This document shows, one piece after another, positions 26,156-35,181 of a stretch of 64,000 bases of DNA. The DNA comes from Chthoniobacterales bacterium. GTDB taxonomy: Bacteria; Verrucomicrobiota; Verrucomicrobiia; Chthoniobacterales; UBA6821. Within the stretch, counting starts at the first letter, position 1, and every line of letters begins with the position of its first letter. Made by a program: the position numbers and the translations under genes. A model generated the notes under the pieces. It saw nothing but the letters and a program-made list of their open reading frames with translations, was not told where the DNA came from and did not search any database. The stretch lies in contig DAISZK010000005.1 in assembly GCA_036824855.1 (NCBI GenBank), positions 2,775 to 66,774 on the forward strand. Direction: 5' to 3'.

Positions 26156-27988
26156 TCACTCCATCCGTGTCTTCAGGCACCCCTGATAAGCCAGCAGGAT
26201 ACCTACCCCGATGTGAATCCCGAGCACCCAGAGACAAAGGGGCGTGAGTGAGAGGCTTGTCTGAATCACCATGACGACGATGTCGTAGTACCGCTCCCCT
26301 CTTAGTGACTGCAGGATTCCGGACCAGCTCCAGTAGGCGGCGATGAAGGGACGCGCGATCATTCCCAACCAAGAGGGTAGAGCCAGGACGGCACCGGAGA
26401 GAGGCAACTGGAAACCGACTAGATAGATGGAAGCCATGGAGGCCTGTTCCGCAGTTAACATGAAGGAGGAGATAGCAAGACAGATGGATGTCATCGCTGC
26501 ATTGACCAGAAAGAGGAAAAGCAACTGTGAAGGCAAATCACCTGGGAAAGCGCACGTATAATGAATGAAGAGTCCCATCCAAAGGGACTGGATCGCGGAG
26601 AGAATACCAAGGAACAGGACCTTGCTGGCGATGTAGGAAGCAGGACTCAAGCCGGAGAGTTTCTCCTTCTCGAAAATCTGGCGCTCCGCAGCGATTTCAC
26701 GGCCTGAATTATTGGCCCCCATGAGGGTCAGGAGGATGACCTCGAACATCACGATTCCGGAGACCAGGCTCCCTACCTTGCTTGCCTGGATCAGAAAGTC
26801 GCGGGCCTCGGTGAGTTGCTGGATGACATTAAGATCAAGACCCATCCCAAGGTTTCTGATCTGAGGAAGCCCATTCCAACCGAAGACAGCAACCAGGCAT
26901 GGAAAACCGAACACAAGGCCGGCTTGGAGCCAGAGCTGTGCCTTGCTTCTCAGAAAGATGCGAAGACGGCGCTCAACCAGTGTCACCAGTTGGGAAAGGG
27001 GAGCGGGATGGGAAGGATCAGATTTGCCTTCCGTACTCGTCGCTTTGGCTATGGCATCCTCCGTTTTGAGCATCTTGGCTCCACATTCCCTGCAATACAT
27101 GGCCCCGGCAGGATATTCCGAGCGACACTCCGGACAGATCACGGAAGCAACGACTGCCTTGACCTCGGAAGGATCACGTTCAGTTGCTTGCTCCCGGGTG
27201 CCTTGCAGGAAGGAAGCTGAGTGCTTCATCCAAGAGGACTGCCACCCCTCAGGCTCGCGACTCTCTAACTGCGCATAGACAAGTCCGGGACCCTCCACCC
27301 GGAAATAGTGAGCGAGATGATCAGGAGGCCCGGCATAAGTAAGAACACCCCGGTAGAGGACAACCACAGCATCGTAGGAAGAGAGATGCTTGAGACTATG
27401 AGTGACGGAGATGACCAATCTGTTTCCATCTCGGGCCACCTTCCGGAGGAGATTCACAATCTCGTCCTCAGAGCGTGGGTCCAATCCACTCGTGACCTCG
27501 TCACAAAGAAGGATCGGAGGACTGCTTACCAACTCCATCGCGAGAGCCAAACGGCGCTTCTGTCCTCCCGAGAGAACCTTCACGGGACGCTCACGGAACT
27601 CTCCCATACCAACTTCCCCGAGAAGCTGCTCCACCATCTTTTCCCGCTCCTCTCCGGTTTGTCCACTGACTCGCAGTCTGGCAGAATACTCCACGCACTC
27701 CCCCACCGTCAGGTCCTCATAGGCGATGCTGAACTGCGGCACATAGCCGAATTCCGAGGGATTGAAATCATCCTCCGCCAGGTTCCGTCCATCCCAATGG
27801 ATAGTTCCTTCCTCCTCACCCGAGGCGATGCCGGCAATCATCTTCAAGAGGGTGCTTTTTCCACAACCGGAGGGACCGATCACGGCGATGAACTCTCCAC
27901 GTTGGAATGAGGCGGAAATCTTGGAAAGAAGCCGGGGGGAGTCCTCTTGAGTTCCGAGAGTCAGGGACAATTGATCGAGGGAGAGCAT
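26156..27988 (-). CDS. ABC transporter, fused ATPase + zinc-ribbon linker + ABC-2-type permease
   Basis: The ATG at 27988 gives MLSLDQLSL. Walker A is GPSGCGKST, the signature LSGGQKRR and Walker B ILLCDEVTSGLD. A CPEC...CREC zinc ribbon follows, then about six hydrophobic helices. Confidence 0.85.
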   Translation of the reverse strand: MLSLDQLSLTLGTQEDSPRLLSKISASFQRGEFIAVIGPSGCGKSTLLKMIAGIASGEEEGTIHWDGRNLAEDDFNPSEFGYVPQFSIAYEDLTVGECVEYSARLRVSGQTGEEREKMVEQLLGEVGMGEFRERPVKVLSGGQKRRLALAMELVSSPPILLCDEVTSGLDPRSEDEIVNLLRKVARDGNRLVISVTHSLKHLSSYDAVVVLYRGVLTYAGPPDHLAHYFRVEGPGLVYAQLESREPEGWQSSWMKHSASFLQGTREQATERDPSEVKAVVASVICPECRSEYPAGAMYCRECGAKMLKTEDAIAKATSTEGKSDPSHPAPLSQLVTLVERRLRIFLRSKAQLWLQAGLVFGFPCLVAVFGWNGLPQIRNLGMGLDLNVIQQLTEARDFLIQASKVGSLVSGIVMFEVILLTLMGANNSGREIAAERQIFEKEKLSGLSPASYIASKVLFLGILSAIQSLWMGLFIHYTCAFPGDLPSQLLFLFLVNAAMTSICLAISSFMLTAEQASMASIYLVGFQLPLSGAVLALPSWLGMIARPFIAAYWSWSGILQSLRGERYYDIVVMVIQTSLSLTPLCLWVLGIHIGVGILLAYQGCLKTRME

Positions 27989-28127
27989 CAGTCGCCAAAT
28001 TAATCGCCTAAGGGATGTTTCCGCAAGTGATCCTGCACGAACCACGTGGCCATCTGTTGATGGGAGTTTTGATCGGTATCATACCGGCAAGCCTTGCGCC
28101 ATCGCATCTCTTCCTTAAAATAAGGTC

Positions 28128-28940
28128 ATGAATTACGCAGTGCTTGGAGCCGGGAAAATGGGAGGAGCTCTCGTCCGTGGGATGCTGGCCTCCGGTCTGA
28201 CAATCGGGGATCGGGTTACTGTTTCGGCGAAGACCCCAGAATCAGCCGCGAAGACAGCCTCTGCACTCGGCGTGAAGTCTGCCGTATCAAACGCAGAGGC
28301 ACTCCGTGATGCAGGAATCGTCTTTCTCTGCGTGAAACCGGCACAAGCCTCAGCAGTCCTAGCTTCCGTCGCCGCTGAACTTGAGGGAAAGCTCCTGATT
28401 TCGATCGTCGCAGGGATCCGATCCGAGGAGCTTTTTCAAGCGACTGAGGGGAAAGCAAGAGTCATTCGCTCCATGCCGAACACGGCAGTCCGACTTCGCA
28501 AGGGCATCACTGCACTGGCCCCCCACCCCTCCTGCAACGAGGAGGATCTCACGGCGGCATCGGCGATTTTTTCCTCTGTGGGATCAGCACTTGTCGTCCG
28601 AGAGGATGATCTGGACGCCGTGACTGCCGTGAGTGGAAGTGGTCCGGCTTTTGCCCTGCTAATGCTGGAAGCCATGGCGCAGGGTGGTATCGACGGTGGC
28701 TTGGAACCTGAGATAGCAAAGACCCTTGCTGCTGGAGCCCTCGCCGCAGCTGCCGCTCTCGTGAATGAAACCGGTGAAACTCCGCTGGCCCTGCGTGCAG
28801 AAATCACCAGTCCTGCCGGAACTACAGCCGCCGGGCTCAGTGTGTTGGAGCAAAAGGACTTCCCGGGAATCGTCCGTGATTCCATACGGGCTGCCAGAAA
28901 TCGCTCGATTGAGCTTTCCTCGCCTAAGTCATCATCATGA
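28128..28940 (+). CDS. proC: Pyrroline-5-carboxylate reductase
   Basis: An N-terminal Rossmann motif (VLGAGKMGGAL), the motif RSMPNTA and the C-terminal SPAGTTAAGL are present. Confidence 0.9.
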   Translation: MNYAVLGAGKMGGALVRGMLASGLTIGDRVTVSAKTPESAAKTASALGVKSAVSNAEALRDAGIVFLCVKPAQASAVLASVAAELEGKLLISIVAGIRSEELFQATEGKARVIRSMPNTAVRLRKGITALAPHPSCNEEDLTAASAIFSSVGSALVVREDDLDAVTAVSGSGPAFALLMLEAMAQGGIDGGLEPEIAKTLAAGALAAAAALVNETGETPLALRAEITSPAGTTAAGLSVLEQKDFPGIVRDSIRAARNRSIELSSPKSSS

Positions 28941-29641
28941 GAAGAGCGATCACCCTTGGGGCTCTCGTGATCATTCTCGGAAGTTGTGGCCAAACAACCG
29001 TTGCCACGACGGCGCCTGAAGCCCCCCCAAGTGAGATGCCGCCGGAGGTGATCGCACTACGGAAAGAGGCGGAGAAGGCATTCGCTGCTGGAAGCCTGAA
29101 TAAGGCCGACAGTCTTTACTCCCGTGCTCTCGGCATCACCCCCAAGATCCCCTCTCTTTTAGTCAGTGCTGCAGCTGTGAAGACACGACTAGGGAAGCTA
29201 GAAGAGTCACGAAAAATGCTCAGGGAGGCCCTCTCCCTCGATCTGGATAATGCCGCTGCCTGGAAATTGCTCGGAATGAATGCCCTGGAACAAAAACGGG
29301 ATGAGGAGGCCTTTGCCTGCCTTGCGCAAGCAACCCTTCATGACGAAACCAATCCCCGAGCGCACAACTATCTCGGTATGGCGGCAGGTCGCAAGGGCTG
29401 GGGAGAGGCTTCGGAGCAAGAGCTTCGCCGAGCTGTTGAGCTCGACCCTAACTATGCGGATGCGAACTTCAATCTGGCCGTGCTCTATCTAGGGAGGACT
29501 CCCCCGCTGATCGAGTTGGCCAGACGACATTATCAGCGCGCCTTGGATCTCGGAGCCCAACGCGATCAGGCAATCGAAACCCTCATTGCCAAAGCAGTTG
29601 CAAGCCAGCCCTCTGATTCACCAAAATCATCACTTCCTTAG
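28937..29641 (+). CDS. TPR-repeat lipoprotein
   Basis: The lipobox is ILGS|CG. TPR-like helices are present (AWKLLGMNALEQKRDEEAFACLAQA..., DPNYADANFNLAVLYL). The start overlaps the proC stop as ATGA. Confidence 0.7.
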   Translation: MRRAITLGALVIILGSCGQTTVATTAPEAPPSEMPPEVIALRKEAEKAFAAGSLNKADSLYSRALGITPKIPSLLVSAAAVKTRLGKLEESRKMLREALSLDLDNAAAWKLLGMNALEQKRDEEAFACLAQATLHDETNPRAHNYLGMAAGRKGWGEASEQELRRAVELDPNYADANFNLAVLYLGRTPPLIELARRHYQRALDLGAQRDQAIETLIAKAVASQPSDSPKSSLP

Positions 29642-29697
29642 CACGTCCTTTTTTCCACATTATTTTACGTACAGAATACTCACGCTCCACTCGCCTC

Positions 29698-30627
29698 ATG
29701 AAGTCGCCCTACCTGCCGCTGATTCTCCTCTCACTATCGATGCCGATCTTTGGCGCCACGCCCCCACCACCAGATGTAAAGGGAGCATCCGTCGTGGTCG
29801 TTGATGCCAATTCCGGGGATGTTCTTTTTCAAAGGAATCCCGACGAGAAGCGCCCCGTCGGAAGCACCCAGAAACTCCTCACCTCCCTCATCGTTGCCGA
29901 GCATGGGAACCTTGATAAGCAGGTCGTCATCGATCCCATTGATGAGATGGCTGAACCCACCACCCTTCAGTTAAAACCGGGCACCTCCTACACCAAGGGC
30001 ACTCTCCTCACCGCACTTCTGGTGAAGAGCCCGAATGATGTCGCGCGGGCTCTCGGCCGTGATACCGGAGGAAGCCTGGAAGATTTTGCCAACTTGATGA
30101 ACAGCAAGGCTGCAAGCCTTGGAATGAACTCCTCACATTTTGTGAATCCAAACGGCCTGCCCGCCGATGACCAATACTCCACGGCTGCGGATATGTCGAA
30201 GGTAGCTCGCGCCGCCTATGCCAACCCCGTTCTTCGCCCCATCATGGCGACCAAATATCTTCCTTTCCGATACGCCGACGGCCATGTCCATATGCTGCGC
30301 AACACGAACCAAACCATGAGGGACAACTGGTTCTGCACCGGGATGAAGACGGGATACACAGACAAGGCCAAGCATTGCCTCGTCTCCAGCGGAAGCTACA
30401 ACGGCAAAGAGGTCATCACGGTCATTCTCGGGAGCACCAAGGAACGCGTCTTTACAGATTCTGCGCGCATGCTGCGCTGGGCTCTTGGCCTTCCCCAGGA
30501 GGGTAAGTCCACAACCACGGTCTCCAACCGGAAGCCTCATGCTCCGCAGGACTCGGGCAATCAAGTCGCTCCCAAAGTGAAAAAACATCGCCACCATCAT
30601 ACGCTCTCGAATCAGCAGCCTTCATGA
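29698..30627 (+). CDS. D-alanyl-D-alanine carboxypeptidase (PBP5/6-type serine peptidase S11)
   Basis: A signal peptide is present, along with all three active-site motifs: STQK (SxxK), SPND (SxN) and KTGYT (KTG). Confidence 0.88.
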   Translation: MKSPYLPLILLSLSMPIFGATPPPPDVKGASVVVVDANSGDVLFQRNPDEKRPVGSTQKLLTSLIVAEHGNLDKQVVIDPIDEMAEPTTLQLKPGTSYTKGTLLTALLVKSPNDVARALGRDTGGSLEDFANLMNSKAASLGMNSSHFVNPNGLPADDQYSTAADMSKVARAAYANPVLRPIMATKYLPFRYADGHVHMLRNTNQTMRDNWFCTGMKTGYTDKAKHCLVSSGSYNGKEVITVILGSTKERVFTDSARMLRWALGLPQEGKSTTTVSNRKPHAPQDSGNQVAPKVKKHRHHHTLSNQQPS

Positions 30628-32714
30628 GCAGGAGCTACCAGCTCCACCCCGCGCAGGGATCAGGAAGTGGCATTGATTTTGCCAAGGAACTCAATGAGCA
30701 GCAACTGACTGCAGTCACTTCTCCCTCCGGCGCTCATCTCGTGATCGCAGGAGCCGGAACGGGAAAAACAAGGACATTGACCTATCGGGTCGCCTGGCTT
30801 CTGGAGCAAGGATATCGGCCCGGGGAGATTCTCCTGCTGACCTTCACCAATAAGGCAGCCCGAGAAATGCTGGAGCGAGTCAATATGCTTCTTCCGGGAG
30901 CCGCTGAGGGACTTTGGAGCGGCACCTTCCATTCGATCGGCCACCGGATTCTGCGACGTCACCCTGAGGCCGTGGGCTTCGCCCAAGGATTCACCATTAT
31001 GGATCGGGAGGATCAGGAGGAACTCTTGGAGTCAGTGGTGGCCCGCCTGGGATACCGTACCAGCGACAAGCGCTTTCCCAAAGGACAGGTCTTGGCAGAA
31101 CTAATCAGTCTCGGATGCAATACCGGAGACTCTCTTCGTACCCTCCTGGCACGTCGTTACCGGTACTTCATTGACTTGGAAGATCAGATCGCCCAAGTCG
31201 CCACAGCCTACGAGGGGCGAAAGAAGGAAGTGAATGCCTTTGATTTCGATGATCTCCTCTCCAAGACCCACGAACTTCTCCTGACCAATCCCGAGATTGC
31301 CGCCACCTACCAGCGGCGATTCCATGCCATCCTCGTCGATGAGTACCAGGACACCAACAGACTCCAAGCAGGGCTGATCGACACGCTGGCAGCACCTCAC
31401 AAGCACATCATGGTCGTCGGAGACGATGCCCAGTCGATCTATTCGTGGCGCGGGGCGGATTTTGCAAACATCCTTGAGTTTCCGAAGCGCTATCCTAATT
31501 CGGTGGTTCATCGGATCGAGACGAACTACCGCAGCGTTCCACAGGTTCTGGAACTGGCGAACGCCTCCATCCTTAACAATCCCCGCCAGTTTCCAAAGGA
31601 ACTCCGGGCCGTACGCAAGGAGGCAATCACCAAGCCGGCTCTTGTCCCTCTCGCGACGAACAATGAACAGGCTTCCTTCATCGCCCAACGCGTTTTGGAA
31701 CTCCACGACGAGGGAATCGACTTTCGGGAGATCGCCGTGCTCTACCGAGCCCACTACCACTCGATGGAGATCCAACTGGAGTTCACACGTCGAGGGATCC
31801 CCTTTGGCATCACCAGCGGTCTACGCTTCTTCGAGCAGGCCCACATCAAGGATGTGGCGGCTTTCCTGAAATTCGCGATTAACCCGAATGATGAGGTGGC
31901 CTTCAAGCGCATGGTGCGTCTTCTACCCGGCATTGGAACCAAGACCGCCGAGAATCTCTGGCAACAAACCATCAAACTCCTTGAGGGCGGGCGGAGTTTT
32001 CCCCTGCTCGAAAAAGGATGCAAGCCACCCTCCAAAGCCATTGGAGCATGGTCACAACTGATCACTACTCTCTCGGAACTGGCCCCGAGGGGGGTGCCGG
32101 CCTCCCCCTCCGACATGATCAATGCCGTCATGAAGTCGCTATATGATGACTACATGCAGGCCAAGTTCGCCAACTACGAGGCCCGCCGCGACGATCTGAA
32201 CACGCTGGCCAACTATGCCAAGCAGTTTGATCAAACGGATGAATTCCTAGCGCAACTCACCCTGCTGGGAGGGACCGAGACCAGCGAGGTCACGGGACGT
32301 GATGACGAGGAGGATCGCGTCTGCCTCTCGAGCATCCACCAAGCCAAGGGACTCGAATGGCAGGCTGTTTTCCTGACATGGCTCACGGAAGGAATGTTCC
32401 CCGGGACTCGCTCAATGGAGGATGACAATGCCCTGGAAGAAGAGCGACGCCTCTTCTATGTCGGTGTCACCCGCTGCAAGGATGAACTCTACCTCACCTA
32501 TCCTGAACTCCGACTGAATGCCGCCTATGGCGAGGCCTTCCAGCGCCCCTCCCGCTTCCTTGAGGAGCTACCGGAGCATCTCACCGAACGCTGGGAAGTT
32601 GCCCGCGCAGTTGCTCGATTCACCCCTCAGGGCACACGCGATGCCGAAAAGAAAAGATTAAGTCACGAGTTCGATCCCGCAGAGGAATCCCAGATACCCG
32701 AGTGGGAGGATTAA
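30624..32714 (+). CDS. UvrD/PcrA/Rep-family ATP-dependent DNA helicase
   Basis: Walker A is AGAGTGKTRTL, motif II is LVDEYQDTN, and the C-terminal SIHQAKGLEW...YVGVTRCKDEL is present. The start overlaps the previous stop as ATGA. Confidence 0.9.
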   Translation: MSRSYQLHPAQGSGSGIDFAKELNEQQLTAVTSPSGAHLVIAGAGTGKTRTLTYRVAWLLEQGYRPGEILLLTFTNKAAREMLERVNMLLPGAAEGLWSGTFHSIGHRILRRHPEAVGFAQGFTIMDREDQEELLESVVARLGYRTSDKRFPKGQVLAELISLGCNTGDSLRTLLARRYRYFIDLEDQIAQVATAYEGRKKEVNAFDFDDLLSKTHELLLTNPEIAATYQRRFHAILVDEYQDTNRLQAGLIDTLAAPHKHIMVVGDDAQSIYSWRGADFANILEFPKRYPNSVVHRIETNYRSVPQVLELANASILNNPRQFPKELRAVRKEAITKPALVPLATNNEQASFIAQRVLELHDEGIDFREIAVLYRAHYHSMEIQLEFTRRGIPFGITSGLRFFEQAHIKDVAAFLKFAINPNDEVAFKRMVRLLPGIGTKTAENLWQQTIKLLEGGRSFPLLEKGCKPPSKAIGAWSQLITTLSELAPRGVPASPSDMINAVMKSLYDDYMQAKFANYEARRDDLNTLANYAKQFDQTDEFLAQLTLLGGTETSEVTGRDDEEDRVCLSSIHQAKGLEWQAVFLTWLTEGMFPGTRSMEDDNALEEERRLFYVGVTRCKDELYLTYPELRLNAAYGEAFQRPSRFLEELPEHLTERWEVARAVARFTPQGTRDAEKKRLSHEFDPAEESQIPEWED

Positions 32715-32726
32715 AAAACAGGTTCC

Positions 32727-33725
32727 CTAGGCCTCGCGAGCGGAGCCTTCCACCACTCTTTCGATTCCAAGTAACCATTGGTGCAAAAAGTAGAGAAGGG
32801 AAGCTAGGATAATCCCGATCCACATTCCCTCGATAATCGAAAATGTTTGATGAAAATTTTGCATCGGACCCGGGAGCAATCCTGTAGGAATCATGAAACA
32901 GACTGCAAACTGCGCGCACCCGGGCTTGATCCGGGGTAAGCTAGCCCCGAGATATCCAAGCGTTCCCATAATGAAGCTGATCACCGTGATATAGATCGCG
33001 ATATTATTCGTGGAAGCCGAGAGGATGGTGAGAGTGGCTATGGCGACAAGACTTCCCAATACAGCCCCTCCCAATCGAACCCTCAGTACGGAAACAGGCG
33101 CCGAAAGCAACTGTATCGCCCAAGGAATTCCTCCCATTAGGACAAAGATTTTATTGTTAGCAATCAGGGTGTGTCCGACTAGAAAGCAGGAAACACCCAC
33201 AAAACCGAGAAAGAAGGTCTCGCGGTTGCCGAAATTCACCGGCTCGGGAAGTTGTGGGCGGAACCCCTTCCGCAGTGGAATGATATAAAAGGCTGCGGCG
33301 GCCGCAAAAATCCCGATCGTCACGGCAAGCGTACGGTAAAATCCCCCCATGATGGGTGCCGAATCTGCAATTTTCCCGGAAATAAGAGATCCACTCAAAC
33401 CATAGACCAGCAGGGTTATTGTTGCTGAATCTCGGCTTCGTGAGGCCAATGACATCGTTGCAAAGATCAGAAGCATGTAGGAAGGGACATAGAGCCAGGG
33501 AGCATCTAGGAACAGAGCCTCCACAACACTCCCCATGGTCCCGGCAACCCAGACCAGCAGGAGTCTCTGACGCATCGTGCTCCTGCGGAAGGTGGGAAGG
33601 TTAGCCAAAAGCGAAACGGCAAGCATCGCCCTAAAACAATGGGGATACTTCAGGACCAAGATGGCAAGCAACGCCAGCGCCACTGCCAAGGCCAATCTGC
33701 ATGCCGGGCGCCAAGCGTCACTCAT
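32727..33725 (-). CDS. FUSC/AaeB-like integral membrane efflux protein
   Basis: A polytopic hydrophobic protein. The ATG at 33725 (MSDAWRPACRLALAVALAL) overlaps the stop of the HlyD-family gene by 8 nt. The call rests on its context with DUF1656 and HlyD-family genes, as in aaeXAB. Confidence 0.6.
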   Translation of the reverse strand: MSDAWRPACRLALAVALALLAILVLKYPHCFRAMLAVSLLANLPTFRRSTMRQRLLLVWVAGTMGSVVEALFLDAPWLYVPSYMLLIFATMSLASRSRDSATITLLVYGLSGSLISGKIADSAPIMGGFYRTLAVTIGIFAAAAAFYIIPLRKGFRPQLPEPVNFGNRETFFLGFVGVSCFLVGHTLIANNKIFVLMGGIPWAIQLLSAPVSVLRVRLGGAVLGSLVAIATLTILSASTNNIAIYITVISFIMGTLGYLGASLPRIKPGCAQFAVCFMIPTGLLPGPMQNFHQTFSIIEGMWIGIILASLLYFLHQWLLGIERVVEGSAREA

Positions 33726-34863
33726 TGAGCGGAATTCGGCCCGCAGCGCCCATCGGGGAAACAAAAGGCGAGTCCTCCACCTGCTGCAACCGTTGGATCA
33801 CTTTCAGTCCCTCATCGACATTGCTGGCGGTGTGGACAATCACAGAGGCCGTACCCCCCATACGGAAGGAATGTCCCTCCTGCTCGTCAATAATGATCCT
33901 GACGGGATAACGCTGGGCCAGAAGAATGAAATCGATGGTAGGGTTAACCCGAGAAAGCAAACCCTCCCCACCAGGGGCATTGTTGGAAGGGGTGTTCAGC
34001 GCCACGACGGCCTTCGGTACTCCTTGCACGATGCCATGGAGTTTTATGCCCGATTCGGCCAAAAGGTAGATATCAGCGCTCATGCCGGGGCGCATTCTCT
34101 TTAGATCGGTCTCACGGAAATTCGCCAGCACATACCAGATTTTCTTATCAACCAATGAGAAGATCTGTTCACCAACGGCCGCGTACGTTCCGGGCGTGAT
34201 CTGGAGATTAGTCACATATCCGTCACAAGTGGCGTAGATCTTGCAATAAGAGAGCTTGAGCTCAGCATCCCTCAGTGTGGCTTCGGCGGCTGTGCGGCGG
34301 ACATTGATGGCGCCTTTTTCTCCGAGCAGGTTCCGAGCACGGTCCAACGCTGCCTGATCTTGGGCTACCTTATCGGTAGCGGTGGCGGCCTCAGTCTGAG
34401 CCAACTGGTTCTTATCAACGGTCACATACAGATTGCCGACTAATGCTTGGACACGCTTGGCATAATCGACTGCATAGGCGGCTTTGGCCTGACTCTGCCT
34501 GAGTTCGGCCTCTGCGGCAGTAATCTGGTCCTTGTAGGCTTGGATTTCGAGTTCGGTGAGGGCTAGTTGTGCCTTCGCCTTCTCGGCTTCCGCTTCATAG
34601 GGGCGTGAATCTAGCTCAAAGAGCAGGTCTCCCTTGTGAACAAGTTGATTATCCTTCACATGGATCTGCGTAATCGTACCCCCAACTTGGGGAGCCACTC
34701 CAATCACATTCGCACGCACCTGAGCATCCTCCGTACGCGGGTTGCGGGAGATGTTTTGATTGACCAATAAAGCCACATAGACGGCGGCAACAATACTCGC
34801 CACCGAAATCAGAATACCGATCGGCTTCCGAAATGCTTTGCTCTGGGGCCTAGAATCACTCAT
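33718..34863 (-). CDS. HlyD-family membrane fusion protein (AaeA/EmrA-like)
   Basis: The ATG at 34863 (MSDSRPQSKAFRKPIGILISVASIVAAVYV) overlaps the upstream stop as ATGA. It has an N-terminal TM helix, a lipoyl-like hairpin (GGTITQIHVKDNQLVHKGDLLFELD) and a long coiled coil. The track ORF carries a 54-codon N-terminal extension that I reject. Confidence 0.8.
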   Translation of the reverse strand: MSDSRPQSKAFRKPIGILISVASIVAAVYVALLVNQNISRNPRTEDAQVRANVIGVAPQVGGTITQIHVKDNQLVHKGDLLFELDSRPYEAEAEKAKAQLALTELEIQAYKDQITAAEAELRQSQAKAAYAVDYAKRVQALVGNLYVTVDKNQLAQTEAATATDKVAQDQAALDRARNLLGEKGAINVRRTAAEATLRDAELKLSYCKIYATCDGYVTNLQITPGTYAAVGEQIFSLVDKKIWYVLANFRETDLKRMRPGMSADIYLLAESGIKLHGIVQGVPKAVVALNTPSNNAPGGEGLLSRVNPTIDFILLAQRYPVRIIIDEQEGHSFRMGGTASVIVHTASNVDEGLKVIQRLQQVEDSPFVSPMGAAGRIPLNE

Positions 34864-35123
34864 TTGTCGGCAAAGAAGATCAACCAGAGAATGCAGGTAA
34901 GTAAAATTATCAGTGCCGCATAGACGAACGGCAGGGGGAAAAGGTGAGGTAGAAGTCCCGTTTTCAGGAAAACTAAGTGTAATACCCAAAAAAGGGTCAA
35001 CCCACCAAGGGTGCACGCTAACCACGCCGGAAAGTAGGCCCCCGCGACATTAATCTGCGGATCGCAACCCGTCATCGTCACCAGGATGATCAGCAGTGAG
35101 AAAACGATCCGGAGGTTCACCAC
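34860..35123 (-). CDS. DUF1656/AaeX-like small membrane protein
   Basis: It has two hydrophobic helices (YFPAWLACTLGGLTLFWVLHLVF...FVYAALIILLTCILWLIFF) and sits directly upstream of the HlyD-family gene. The start is uncertain: GTG at 35123 or ATG at 35075. Confidence 0.55.
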   Translation of the reverse strand: MVNLRIVFSLLIILVTMTGCDPQINVAGAYFPAWLACTLGGLTLFWVLHLVFLKTGLLPHLFPLPFVYAALIILLTCILWLIFFADK

Positions 35124-35181
35124 GCCACCTTAAGATTGCGAACGATCGAGGGGCAACGCTAATTGCTGATCTCAGTAGGCA

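Noticed and set aside
28074-28086. A 13-bp palindrome, CGGTATcATACCG, in the divergent ABC/proC promoter region.
   Set aside because: Six-bp arms are expected by chance at this scale, and there is no second copy or adjacent regulator gene.
33718-35025. N-terminal extensions in several track ORFs (33718..35025, 15202..17223, 22932..24278, 47430..48656, 55032..55781, 58263..59273, 39679..40980, 41372..41782, 41685..42845, 42727..43764, 26156..28045).
   Set aside because: The extensions overlap upstream genes or lack family-like sequence. Internal ATG codons give canonical N-termini and, in several cases, ATGA/TAATG coupling junctions.
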